This document shows positions 1 through 12,339 of a stretch of 64,000 bases of DNA, one piece after another (position 1 is the first letter of the stretch; each line of letters opens with the position of its first letter). The notes under the pieces were generated by a model. That model worked only from the letters and a program-made list of their open reading frames with translations. It was not told the DNA's origin and did no database searches. The stretch is from Octopus vulgaris (taxonomy: Eukaryota): the NCBI GenBank assembly GCA_951406725.2, contig OX597816.1:107756001-107820000 (forward strand). The letters are read 5' to 3'. The position numbers and the translations under genes are program-made.

Positions 1-1450
1 CTTATTTCTGTATCAACTTTATTGATTAATAATGTATCTCTATAGACATATAAACCTTTATAGTATCTCTTCTGCGCTTTTAGGAATAGCTTTTTTCTTT
101 TCCAAATATACTTTGCGTAATCATCACATTTAATACTTTGTGAACTAAATTCAGATTCTGGAGGTTTGCTGTTCCTTAGCTTCAGAGATGTAAATAGTTT
201 TCCCTCCAGTGCATGAGTATGGTTTGTATTCTGTTGTTTTGGCAAGTAATTAAATGATTTTGTTGCTACTTTCTATCTGTGTGTCTCTTAAATATTGTAA
301 CCAGAAGTTTGAAATTTTTTCACTTCCAGTTGTTTTGCTTTTTTAGCGCCTGGACTAGATCTTGGCATCATAACAGCTTCTACGATTATCCAGTTACTGC
401 GTTTATTTGTTTTAAACAATCTCCTCTGTGCTGATTCCTTTGCTTTCACCGGAATTTCACTAAATTTCTAGCCTCTGGTACTACATCCATTTCTGTTTTA
501 TCTTCAACTACGTCTTGATAAAATCGTTTCGGGTTAGAGTCGAATTATTTATTTTGTTCAAAGTTTTGTTGTTGCTTCTCACACCAGCGAATTCTTTGTG
601 ATTCAGTGCGGGTCTCTTGTTTCAGGCTTTCTTTGGTTTACGAGAATTCTTTTATAATTATGTAATATTTCTATAGTATTTGTCTCTCCTTTTTTGTTCT
701 CAGTTGTCCTTTTCTCTATTGATTTCATTTTGGATTGAAACTTTTCTCTTATATTGTCTTTTTCAGTATATTTCTTTTCCATAATGTATCTTTCACTCTT
801 ACTCTTTCATCGTTGAACTTTTATCTTTAGGGGTACATTTGTAGCTCTATAGGAAGATCTATTGATTTTCATTGTTTAATGATATCCACCTTCATAACAT
901 TGCCAATTTTATGATTTCCATCTTTAGAATTATCATTCTTTAAGCTTTCTCATAGTCAGCATACTGTTGTTTGTGTTGTTCTTGTTCGATTTTCTTTGAT
1001 TTTTCTTTAGGTGTTGTGGAATTTGTTTCTTTGCGACTTTGTTATTTACTTTGTTTTACAGATATCATGTATATCTTAGCAGTTTATGCTTTTAATGTTT
1101 TTTTACTTCCCTTGTTTAAGCTTTGCTCGTGTTTTGTTTTTGCGTAATGTCTTCTATCTTTTCTGCTTCTACTGGTGATAACTTTTTTGTATTTGGAATG
1201 CATAATTTTTATTTAGTTAGGTTCCAAAGCTACTTTGAAATTAAGGTTATTGTCTCTCAAAACTTTATTCTAGAATATTGTAGCATTTTCCGTTTTGGGT
1301 TAGAATTTGACTGTAAAATATGCATGTGTTATACAACTATATATTGTCTTGTTTCAAAATCAGTAGTTTTGTCTTTCTGAGTTATTCACGAACCTTGAAA
1401 CCTTGATGAGGAACTTTCTGGTCGTTTATGCAATTTGTCACAATTTTCCT
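1..1450 (-). mobile_element. Heavily decayed R4/Dong-type (RLE) non-LTR retrotransposon, N-terminal and pre-RT region
   Basis: Minus-strand translation near 600-490 gives QRIRWCEKQQQNFEQNK*FDSNPKRFYQ, and near 360-300 gives VQALKKQNNWK...NFW. These match the RIRRY..QN.LF..N.K.FY and NWKAPG.D.I.NFW motifs of R4-clade elements. Many stops and frameshifts. Confidence 0.65.
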
Positions 1451-1768
1451 CGTGTATTGTTCTATATATTTATAACAATGTCGAGTTTTCTATATTCATA
1501 ATTTTTATTACATTTGCAATACATTTATTATATACGGTAAAGATCAATAAAAATCATATTCAAAGAACACAGTTCTTTTAATCTTTGGTTAACGACTATT
1601 TTTATTTGAAATATTTGTAATTGTTTGTGTGGACACAACTACATTGTCGCGTGTTAGTATGATGCTTACTCCGTTAGTTTCTTAAGCTGTGGTGTTGATC
1701 AACCAGCGTGAATATTCGTAATACAATGAATTTATGCGACGAAGATAAGTCGCACTTGTAAAGAAACA

Positions 1769-1890
<122 letters not shown>

Positions 1891-2409
1891 TTTTGAGGAA
1901 TATGTCAAGAATCTGTTTTCTTTTTCAAATGAATAATTTATGTATATTTCGGAGGACACATAGGAATGGAGCTTAACAAGGATGTTCCAAATAACGAAAA
2001 TGTTCAAGGTTAACACAAATGCTAAAGATTACCGAGAGCAAATTTTAATGGAAAACATGCGAGGCAGTATTTAATTCTTACAAGATTAATTGGGGTTAGC
2101 AAAAAGTTCAGAGCATATTTAATACAATACGTGCTGCCAAGGAATACAATAACAATGTTCACAGATCCAAGTATTGGAACGTGCCTACGTCTATCAGTAT
2201 AGTTAGTATATCAATGTCCTTACATGTTTTAATTCAACAGAAACATTCCTTTGTTTTTCAGTTCACCAGTGTGCAACATTATAGTCGCTTGTTATTTCTC
2301 TATCGACAGTTAGTATGCATATGTTATTTCTGAGTTCGAGTGTGGCGCCAAGTGTATCATGAGTGATCTGAGGTTCTGACTGCATACTAAATCTCTATAG
2401 TATTGTAGT

Positions 2410-2615
2410 AGCGTCGTTTCTATGGCTGGACACGATTGAGGAAGATTTCCAGAGGGTCGATGTCATCTTGGAGGATGCAAAGGCGTTGGTTCGAGACCAC
2501 TAGCGAAAGAGAGTATTGATGGTATTTGCCGGATCTACGCATGATAACGCCTCTGGAACCACTAACTTGGAATGACTCCAGACCCATCAAGCAGGAGCAT
2601 GAAACAAGCAAGCAA
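2410..2615 (+). mobile_element. RTE-type LINE 3' end fragment
   Basis: Translation LWLDTIEEDFQRVDVILEDAKALVRDH resembles the RTE ORF2 C-terminus (RW.D.I..D....A.DR..W). Ends in a short (aagc)n-type tail. Confidence 0.5.
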
Positions 2616-2686
2616 ACATTTAAAAAAGATACAGGTTCGTAAGCCTTAGCGCTTTCTTAAAGAAATTCAAATTTGTTATCAAGATA

Positions 2687-2900
2687 TACGAGTGGGTGTT
2701 GAAAAGTACATGGCTTTAAGTGTATCGCGAAAGGCCTGATTGGAAGCCCAACCTCCCGAGTTCTTTTACAGAGCTTAGAAAAACTGAAGGACTGCTGCAA
2801 TAAGTGTCTTAGATGGTAATATGTTGAATAAAATCATAACTAGCTGAGCCTTCTGTATATTCTTCTATACAACGCCAGGCACATTTCGGTACATCATTGC
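2687..2900 (+). mobile_element. Mariner-derived MITE (internally deleted)
   Basis: Starts TACGAGTGGGTGTTGAAAAGT. Contains a decayed transposase C-terminus (LEKLKDCCNKC...GNMLNK/YVE*-like) and ends in an imperfect inverted copy of the 5' end. Confidence 0.55.
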
Positions 2901-2959
2901 TTGTAGAACAACCTCTTTAAGTCATCTCTTTAAAGAATATTTTTAAGAGCTTGTTGAAT

Positions 2960-5450
2960 GTAATATATTATCTTAGAGTCTGCACAGCACATTCTAAATT
3001 TGTCATGTATATCCTAGTGGTTGTTATTCCTCACAATTTTTTAATATATTTAATATATTTATATTGACAGCTTATTCTTGTATCCGAAGTGTTGTGTTTC
3101 GTGGCCCATTCAGACTGGATTTGTGCATACAGTCCGGAAGTATTTTGTATCAGTTTATATATGTAACATTCACTTCTCGGAAACACAGGCTATGTAACAA
3201 CAATTCATTATAATTGTTTCCACATCTGATTCATGTTACACCAGAATACCTGCCTTGCTACTCTTTTAGGGTTTGGTTGTTGCTGTATGATGTCTATGTC
3301 GATATTTTGTGAAAATATTTTTGCTGCGAATGTAAGCTGTTATCGTAATATGTTTTCAATCGTAAACACTTACGTACGACAGGTAGCAGATTTTATTTTG
3401 CGTTGGAAATGTGGTAGTTGACATTATAACTGCCTTTTATATTGCTCCGAGATGCTCAATAGCTCTAAGCATCTTATGATATAGGGATGTAGATGACTTG
3501 ATATATATTATATGGTGTTTTTACTAGATTTCCTGTATCATAAGATACAGAATTTATATCTTTCATCTCCTGTCCACTACCACTGATCCATGTGTTATAA
3601 CTGCGTTTGTGTTGATAGCACGATATTAGCTTGTGAGATGCGATTTTGATATTATGATATTTTTAACTCTCTTCAAATATTCATTTTTCATTTTCTTGGA
3701 GAAGTTTTCACACTCACGTTTCACTCTCATCTGTGCCCAAGTATATGTAGAGTACAGAATTGTGCAATTCTATATTATCTTCATTCGCTAAGGTTCCAAA
3801 ACCTTCGTTCAATCGGTCTCAATTCTTGTCAGTTTTATGCATTTTCTTCAGTTCAAATGACATTTTAATGTCTTTGTTAAACTGCTTCACACTACCAAGC
3901 AGAGTCTTCAGATAAGGATTGTTAACAGCAAACAATTTTAGACTATCCATGAATAGAATATTGTTGATGTACCTGGCTCTCCCGTCTCTACATGCGGTAT
4001 ACTAAATGGTTATTTTATTAATTAACTTAAAGGTAGCCAGCATAAGAGGAAATGAAGGCCAGAATTAATATATTTTCGGATTACACCATAGATATTCCAA
4101 TGAAAAATGGCCTTACTGGCGACGCAAGAATTGTTCAAAGTTACTTGAAAGAAGTTCACTATGAAATCGCACTATTAATGTTCATGCCGCATTCCATGTA
4201 AGCCCTTGCCAAGACCTAATCGGCCCAAACATATATGTTCTTTTCCCATACTGTCCCATCATTCAATACTATTTTGTTAACAAAGGGATAAGCGATTGCC
4301 TTGCACAACTTGGGTGGAAGCGCGTGGCTTAGTGGTTAAGGTGTTGGACTCAAGATCGTAAAACTTTGGTTCCGATTCCTAGACCGGGCGTTACGTTGTG
4401 CTTTTGAGTAAAACATTTCGTTGCACGTCACTCAGCTGGCAAAAATGAGTAATCCTGCAACGGACCGGCGTCCTGTCTAGGTGGGGAACATATACGCCAT
4501 GAAACCGAGAACCAGCCCTTATGAGTCAATACGAATTTATATGAATCAAACGTTCAATTATACTGCTGTTTAGTTCTTTAGAGAGCAGGTTATAGGTTAC
4601 TCGTAGATAATGGACAAGACAGATGACCGTATGCTATTTCTTCTTTGGGATCATTGTTTTCTTTCCATTAAGGATCCCTCAAGAAACTTATCTGGATTAT
4701 TTAAGGTGATCTTGAAAATACTTTTTGATTGGCTGTATATTTGTTCCATGTTTTGAACGTTTTGATACAAAACAGCTAAAACAAACCTCAATACAGTTAT
4801 TGTAAAGCACGGATATCTTTCTATTCAATTTCTGTTGTTGCAATGTATGCCTGTAGCCAACTAATTTTGTTATACTTATTTTGCTTTTCAAAAATCGATT
4901 TTGAATGCTTCTGTTTCTTTAGAGGAAGTTATTTTATCTACTTTTAAGTTATTACTGCGTAATGGCTTATAGAACTTTCGCACATTGTTTTTAAATATGT
5001 AGTTTTTAGACATCAACATATATGTAAATCTAAACCATTTTAATCTTAAGCGAGTATTTTTGCTTTCAGCATTCAAGTATTTGCAGTAGTGTTTGTTAAT
5101 TTCTTAACACCCCTGTGATATTTAATCATAAAACATTTCTTAATTTTTCTGGAAGGTTTATCTACTTCTGTTTGTAAAATCGTTCTCGCTGCCGAGTATT
5201 TGTTCAATGCTTTAATTTACTCTTCCAACTGTCTGCTCTAGGTTGACAACTTCTATTTTTGTAATGATATATCGTTAGTTTAGCCCTGCATAATTCATAG
5301 TAAATACGAAAGCTTATAGGAAATTAATAAACCGAGTATGTCTCGGAATAGAATGGTATGTCAGAATATTGTAATTTATTATGTCATCTTTGTGTTTACT
5401 GGTAGCGCCTCATAGTCTTGGGTGGCATTTAAAAAGAGGTTCTCAAAAGT
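2960..5450 (-). mobile_element. Second decayed R4/Dong-type LINE (RT core and RLE remnants), interrupted by a SINE at 4315-4540
   Basis: Minus strand at 3970-3740 reads YINNILFMDSLKLFAVNNPYLKTLLGSVKQFNKDIKMSFELKK...YIYLG (RT catalytic motif F/YMDDLKL and YKYLG). A PITC motif lies near 4590. Confidence 0.7.
4315..4540 (+). mobile_element. tRNA-derived SINE, family C (CORE-like)
   Basis: A box TGGCTTAGTGG, B box GGTTCCGATTCC, then a ttgagtaaaacattt...actcagctgg..aaatgagta body. Related copies at 6047, 16445, 19125, 28068, 30770 and 49130. Confidence 0.8.
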
Positions 5451-5604
5451 ATGCCTAGCAATTATATCAACATTTTGTAGGTATATGAACGGATGTTTGA
5501 TACCGGTAATATTAGCGACACTAGTGCCTTCAAACAACGTCTGTTTATACCAACAACTTCAGTAGTAAGGGCGGCCTTGACTGGAAAATTGAGGTTGTTG
5601 CATT

Positions 5605-5699
5605 TGTTGTTGTTGTTGTTGTTGTTGTTGTTCTTCTTCTTCTTCTTCTTCTTCTTCTTCTTCTTCTTCTTCGTCTTCTTCTTCTTCTTCTTCTTCTTC

Positions 5700-5757
<58 letters not shown>
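5605..5757. repeat. (TTG)n(TTC)n(TTA)n compound microsatellite
   Basis: Read directly from the sequence. Confidence 0.95.
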
Positions 5758-5758
<1 letters not shown>

Positions 5759-5968
5759 AAGGCGGTGAGCTGGCAGAATCGTTAGCACGCCGAGCAAAAT
5801 GCTTTGCGGCATTTCGTCCCTCTATGTTTTGTGTTCAAATTTTGCCGAGGTCGACTTTGCTTTTCATCCTTTCGAGATCGATGAAATAAGTATCAGTTAC
5901 GTACTGCGCTCGGTATAATCGACTAGCCCCCAAAATTTCAGGTCTTGTGCCTTTAGTAGAAAGGATTA
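5759..5968 (+). mobile_element. SINE family A (ggcggcgagctggcagaatcgttag... head), embedded in (ATT)n
   Basis: Head with B-box-like GTTCAAATT, conserved centre gccgaggtcgactttgc.tttcatcc..cg..gtcgat.aaat.aagta, tail tgtgcctttagtagaaagga(tta)n. More than ten related copies in the window. Confidence 0.85.
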
Positions 5969-5971
5969 TTA

Positions 5972-6039
<68 letters not shown>

Positions 6040-6046
6040 GTGTAGT

Positions 6047-6300
6047 GAGGGCGCATGAACTGGTTGTTGCACTCATGATCGCGAGATCGTGGTTTCAATT
6101 CCTAGACCGGGTGTGCGTTGTGTTCTTGAGCAAGACACTTCATTTTACGTTGCTCTGCGATCACTTCCACACCCGACGCGTGGTACACACTGCACTTGTT
6201 CAGACAATGTCGATTCGATGGAGAGAGTGAGCTAATGTACAACACATACATTTGATCACTATAAACAAATTAACCGTGCAACTCGTTCGACAAAAAGCTC
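6047..6300 (+). mobile_element. SINE family C copy
   Basis: tRNA-like head plus cttgagcaagacacttcatttt CORE-like segment. Confidence 0.7.
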
Positions 6301-6340
6301 AGTACTCAATACCTCGTTATTATTATTGTTGTTGTTGTTG

Positions 6341-6417
<77 letters not shown>

Positions 6418-6419
<2 letters not shown>

Positions 6420-6635
6420 GGCTGCGAGCTGGCAGAATCATTAGCACGCCGAGAGAACTGCTCAACAGAATTTCGTCTGCCGTTACGTTCTGAGTTTAAA
6501 TTCCGCCGAGGTCGACTTTGCTTTTCATCTTTTTGGGGTCGATAAATTAAGTACCAATGAAACATTGGGGTCGATATAATCGACTAACGCCCCTACCCCC
6601 AAATTTCAGGCTTTCTGCCTTTAGTAGAAAGCGTT
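6418..6635 (+). mobile_element. SINE family A copy within (ATT)n
   Basis: Collinear with 5759-5968. Confidence 0.85.
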
Positions 6636-6645
6636 ATTATTATTA

Positions 6646-6705
<60 letters not shown>

Positions 6706-6709
<4 letters not shown>

Positions 6710-7226
6710 GGGGAATGCTTATTTCATCTCTGTTATCATTTATCGCCTGACCGCCGTGCCTTGTCCCGGTTACTACTTGACCAGGTTGGAGAGTCTCTTA
6801 TTTAAATTCTTGTGGAAGGGACGCCTTCCAATTGTCAGACGGTCAGTCTGTTGCCAGCATCCTCTGAGTGGCGGATTAGGTATGCCGTGTAGCCTAACCG
6901 TTGCAGGTGGCGTAACATAAGAGGGTGTCTTATGTTACGCCACCTCTTATGTTACGCCACCTCTTATGTTACGCCACCTGCAACGGTTTCTGGATGCTGA
7001 GTGTGTGGAGGCTCCGCTTGTGCGGTTCGTCTTCCCGCAGCTCATCTCCTTGACTGGTCTGCAGTCCTGGGTAAAGAAAAGACTGAGACGATGTACCTGG
7101 CACCTAGAATGTCGTCAGGCGCTCACAACCTTCTACCAGTCGGACAATGGCATTGGTGGATGTTCCGCTTTAGAAATTTATAGAGGATTAGTGGCGGGGA
7201 AGTGCGACGACGGTTATCAACAGTGA
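6706..7226 (+). mobile_element. Tx1/L1-clade LINE ORF2 fragment (post-RT region)
   Basis: NAYFISVIIYRLTAVPCP...LESLLFKFLWKGRLPIVRRSVCCQHPLSGGLGMP matches the L1/Tx1 motif F.W.g....v....l..P...GGLG.P. Continues LRHLQRFLD after a local rearrangement. Confidence 0.8.
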
Positions 7227-7491
7227 GAGGAGGAGAGTCAAGTGATGCGAAAAAGTGACAGCGGTTGTTGTCACATTTTACGGTTGCTGGTGAATGAGTA
7301 TGCTTGTATATTTTTAGATTATACCTTCATAATCATGACTCTCTTCACTAACATGAACATTATCATCAACATCACCATCATCATCGTCATCGTCATCATC
7401 GCCATCGGTGTTATTGTCGTTATCCGCATTACAACCACCAGGACCCAAAAGTCTCGCATTGTTTAGACCTTACCCAGCAAGTCCCTGTAAC

Positions 7492-7534
<43 letters not shown>

Positions 7535-7544
7535 CATATATACA

Positions 7545-7575
<31 letters not shown>

Positions 7576-7585
7576 GTAAAAGAGA

Positions 7586-7618
<33 letters not shown>

Positions 7619-7624
7619 ATATAT

Positions 7625-8043
7625 TCTCTTTTACTCTTTTAATTGTTTCAGCCATATAACTGTGGCCATGCTGGAGCATCGCCTTTAGTCGCGCAAATCG
7701 AACCCAGGACTTATTCTTTGTAAGCCTAGTACTTACTCTATCGGTCTCTTTTGCCGAACCGCTAGGTTATGGGGACGTAAACACACCAGCATCGGTTGTC
7801 AACCGATGTTGGGTGGGGGGACAAACACAGGCACAGAAACATATATACCCACACACATACATATATATATACACATATACGACGGGCTTCTTTCAGTTTC
7901 CGTGTACCAAATACACTCACAAGACTTTGGTTGGCCCGAGGCTATAGTAGAAGACACTTGCCCAAGGTGCCACACAGTGGCACTGAACCCGGAAACATAT
8001 GTTTCGTAAGCAAGCTACTTACCACACAGCCACTCCTACTCCT
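7625..8043 (-). mobile_element. tRNA-derived SINE family B (CORE-like, internal (TA/CA)n, (aagag)n tail)
   Basis: Minus strand has A box TGGCTGTGTGG, B box GGGTTCAGT.CC and cttgggcaagtgtctt. Collinear with copies at 9896, 30140, 36375, 37675 and 50895. Confidence 0.85.
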
Positions 8044-8104
8044 ATATATATGAAATAGAATTATTCGAAGGCTTGTAGAGCAGCCGAACATGTAATAGAA
8101 CACT

Positions 8105-8710
8105 TCATAAATATCTCATTCGGGTAACACCACCAATAGGAGAGAATATGACCAAAAACTGCGTGTACTCAATCCCATGCAACTGTGGTGGGTTATACAA
8201 AGGCGAAACATGCCGCGAAACATGCTGCCCCTCAAAATAAGGGTAGAGGAACATCGCAAAGCTGTGACACAAGAAGATATTGATAAATCGGGTGTAGCTG
8301 ATCATGTATGGAAAAATGGAGACCATCTCCACCTGTGGTATGAAGTTAAAATAATAGACAGAACACCACTGGAAAATACGAAAACTAAAAGTAGCAGCAC
8401 ATATGCTAGGACACAATAACCTCCTAAGCAGACCGAGTGCAGATATGAGCAGCATATGGGAACCGGTATTAAGGAAGGATAGAAAATATTAGATTTATAA
8501 ACCCTAAAAATTCACTCCATAGTTGCCCACGGATATATGGCGTAGTGGTTAAGAGCGTGGATTACTAACCCGAAGATTCCGAGTTCGATTCCAGGCAGAA
8601 TAATAATAATTACATCGAAAAATACGTTAAGAATTTCCCCAAGACACCTGATGAAGGCTGGAGGGTATATGTTGTGTTAACAACAAACAAGATGGGGACA
8701 AATATCCGTC
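8105..8710 (+). mobile_element. Penelope-like element 3' fragment: GIY-YIG remnant, tRNA-like segment and broken hammerhead
   Basis: KNCVYSIPCNCGGLYKGETCR / LKIRVEEHRKAV...KSGVADHVW is a Penelope/Poseidon-type GIY-YIG (frameshifted). A and B boxes at 8538-8592. CTGATGA at 8648. Confidence 0.8.
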
Positions 8711-9840
8711 CAGGAGGAATAAGGAACATTGAAGAGTGATAATTATTGTAATTTATTGTAAACTACGACAACATCAGATTATGAAAGTGGTTTGTGATTT
8801 AAAAAATATCTTGTATCTTTTCAATAAAAAGTGAAGTTTTCTTACAACCTCCTGTGTAGTTGTCAGAATCCGCCTGCATTTTGAAGTGCCTGAAATATTT
8901 TGTATCAGCGAAATACATTATATCGCGTGTCCATGGTGTGCAAATATATGTACACTACATTCGTCGTGTGTGTATGACATGCAAATATAATTACATTATA
9001 TCTCTCGTATGTCTATGACATGCAAATTCGGTCGCACTAGGAAAACTTTTATTAGGAACACCTAAGAAGAGTTTTATTCTCAACTATAATATCAATTTGT
9101 ATTTATTATAAGAGCGTGGGTTACTAACTTCTTAATATTTGAATTAATGTGATTTGAACTGCTATATGTTATAAGACCCAAAGGAAAGCAATAACGAAAC
9201 CCGGAATGTATAGGTAAGTGGTGCATTAGACAGTTACTCCATAACTAAAATGTCGGTTCCGTGGACATCCTGTCACGATGCTGCTATGTACAGATATAAG
9301 TCACCGACGATTAATATAGCTTGCGAAGATGTTTATCAGATAAGTAGAAATTTCACGAGAGAAAACATAAAATTCACAAAACAGGATTTAAATATCATTT
9401 AACAAAAATAATCTGACATCCTCAACAACAAATATTTCATGTAAGATAAGAATTATGGCTGTCGGAATATAAACTATATTCTCAATCACTCTGAAAAAGA
9501 TATCCATAACATCAAAAATATCTGATCTTATGACTGCAATCATCAATATGGTAAACGACTTGGTCAAGCTCCTTATATATAGATTCCACTATTGGTAGTA
9601 GATATCAACGTATAGAATGGAAGTGCATGCGAAGTGCGAACTGAATTCAATTGACAGAAGTAATATTATTAGAATGCACTTATATAAACTTCATGGAAAA
9701 TACATTAAAACACATTCATATAAATTTATCTACGTGACATAAATATATCCCCACACGAACAATTTATATATCACTCATATAAACATACATTCAGATGCTG
9801 CTATAAACATACCAACCTTCATATATGCATATACGTGTGC

Positions 9841-9894
<54 letters not shown>

Positions 9895-9895
9895 A

Positions 9896-10268
9896 TGTAG
9901 GAGTGACTGCATGATAAGTTACTTGCTTACCACCCATATGGTTCCGGGTTCAGTCCCACTGCGTGGCACCTTGAGCTAGTGTCTTTTAGTGTAGTCTTGG
10001 GCTGACCAAAGCATTGTGAGTGGATTTAGTAGACGGAAACTGAAAGAAGCCCGTCGTATATATAAATATGTGTGTATGTGCTTGTCCACCCACCATCGCT
10101 TGACAACCGATGTTGGTGTGTTTAAGTCCCCGTCACTTAGCGGTTCGGCAAAAGAGACCGATAGAATAAGTACTAGGCTTACAAAAATAAGACCTAAAGT
10201 CGATTTGTTCGACTAAAGGCGTTACTCCAGCGTGTTCGCAGTCAAATGACTGAAACAAATAAAAGAAT
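9896..10268 (+). mobile_element. SINE family B copy
   Basis: Collinear with the reverse complement of 7625-8043. Confidence 0.85.
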
Positions 10269-10303
10269 ATATATGTAGATAATTATATATATATATATAT
10301 ATA

Positions 10304-10560
10304 TATGAATAAAAAATGGAGTTAACGCAGGTTTAAACAAGGAGTTACAACATAAACATATGTAGAAAGTAAAAATACTTGTTTAAACCTGCGTTAACTC
10401 CATTTTTTATTCATATTATTCAAATATTCAACGTAAACAAGAAGTTTCAACCTTTATAAACAAGGAGTTACAACATCTTTACTTGTGAGATTTTTGCTGC
10501 CCTGGTAACTATTCATTCATTTATCCGTGTTAATTGTTAACAAGGTAAAATACACTCATC
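10304..10560. repeat. Inverted repeat of about 37 bp (10304-10341 / 10378-10415) with an extension, inserted in (TA)n; probable PLE terminal remnant
   Basis: atgaataaaaaatggagttaacgcaggtttaaacaag and its reverse complement. aaacaaggagttacaacat is repeated directly at about 10458. Confidence 0.6.
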
Positions 10561-11224
10561 TATATATATATATATATATACCCATATATACATACACACA
10601 CACAAACACACATACATTACATATATTAAAATGAAGTAGATTTAGTGAAGCATTGTGCTGTACGTCATTAGAGACCTGTTGGGTAAAATCGGAACAAAGC
10701 GAGAAGATATAAAATAAACTACAAAAAATGGAAAAGTTATAGGTTTTCCTTTTATTTCTATATTTTGGGGCTATGATCCCATCTTCAGGACACGTGGAAA
10801 ATCAAAAGATGGAAAAAGTCGTTGCTCAAACGTGTGTGAGAGGAAAATAACAAGCGCCAACTGGTGCTGCCTTAGTGATCCGTCTGTTTTATGTAGTTCA
10901 TTTCTGTTATTTATGGCCGGCCTCAGTTACAAAGGAAGGTATCCATGCTTCTGAAATTGTTTCAGTTGCGATAATGGTGATGATTTCTCCACTCTTCCTC
11001 ATCATTAATTGCTTTAGTTACTGTATTCATAATTATGTTTGCAATCACATAGAAAAGTATACATATGTCTGTGTATATGCATGTTCATGCATGCATGTTT
11101 GTATGTCATTATTGAGTTTTATTTCAAGATTTCTTGCCAATAGAGATATGTTTTTTTATGCATATATGTATGCATTCTCATGCATATACTTGCATGTCTA
11201 GACATGTGCATATATACTTAAATG

Positions 11225-11660
11225 ATCGACTTCTGGAAAGGTTTACAGATTTTTACAGTGCCAGTGATGGACTGGATCTGTAGCCTTCGAATCAGCTTTC
11301 TCCTTTCTGGTTTTGTGAAGCCCAATTTCTGAAGATTGGTACTGAGGCAATGTGTTACATATTACAATGCTCCTAAATTTACAGGCATAAACCCTAACTT
11401 GTAATCCGGATAGAGTATCTGCAGATTTCTTGATAGTTCAACGCAGGTAATCTATTTTTCATTGATCTTTAGCTTTATGCTAACATTCACTGAGCAACTG
11501 ATTTCCCCAACTATAGGCTGTTTCTCTTCCCAATCCCAAATCCCTATCTCAAGTCTATCATGTTTACATTTTATTGATTTTTTCACTGGGATATTCCACT
11601 AGTACTCATTTCTGTTATAAGTAGCTATGGCTTCTGCCACTTTATGGATTCCTATTTCTT
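11225..11660 (-). mobile_element. RLE-type LINE 3' fragment (restriction-like endonuclease domain)
   Basis: EY*WNIPVKKSIKCKHDRLEIGIWDWEEKQPIVGEISCSVNV..K..EK...ELSRNLQILYPDYKLGFMPVNLGAL is a decayed RPD..(D/E)...K domain. Same family as 19890-20390. Confidence 0.75.
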
Positions 11661-12249
11661 TTGAATGAATGAATGAATGAATGAATGAATGTATGTATGT
11701 ATGTATGTATGTATGTATGTATGTATGTATGTATGTATGTATGTATGCATGCATGCATGTATCTAAGTATGTATCTTGACGTCAAGGGAACCTTTCGAAT
11801 TTTTCTATCGAGAAGGGATTTTTCAGCCTAATAATTACATGCTAGAAGGTGACAATCTCGCAGAATCAGTAGCAGTCGGGGCAAAATGCTTAGCAGCGTT
11901 TCATGCGTCTTTACGTTCTGAGTTCTAATTCTAGCGAGGTTGACTTTGCTTTTCGTTCCTTTCAGAAAAAGTGAATATGCAATTCGAGATCTAATTCGTG
12001 TCTGCGCGCGCGCGCGTGGTCTTGTGTGCGCGATGTGTGGGTTGCGTGTGCGAGCTGTGTGTGTATGTGTACACACACACATATATATATATATGAATAT
12101 ATATTTCACCATGTTGGACCGCTAAAATTTACGCGTGAGCTCGAAACGTAACAGACTCCTTCATCTTTCCGGAGCGTAAAACTAATACATTTGCCTGTCT
12201 TCGTCTTTTGTTTTTGTATAAATTTCAACTATACATACATACATACATT

Positions 12250-12319
<70 letters not shown>

Positions 12320-12339
12320 CATACATATATATATATAAA

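Noticed and set aside
6928-6978. Short direct repeats as a possible CRISPR array (also 21809-21854 and 23716-23752)
   Set aside because: No spacers, units are only 13-17 bp, the context is eukaryotic, and there are no cas genes.
8531-8598. Possible genuine tRNA genes (also the SINE heads at 4315 and 28068)
   Set aside because: A and B boxes are present, but acceptor stems do not pair properly and each runs into a repeat body.
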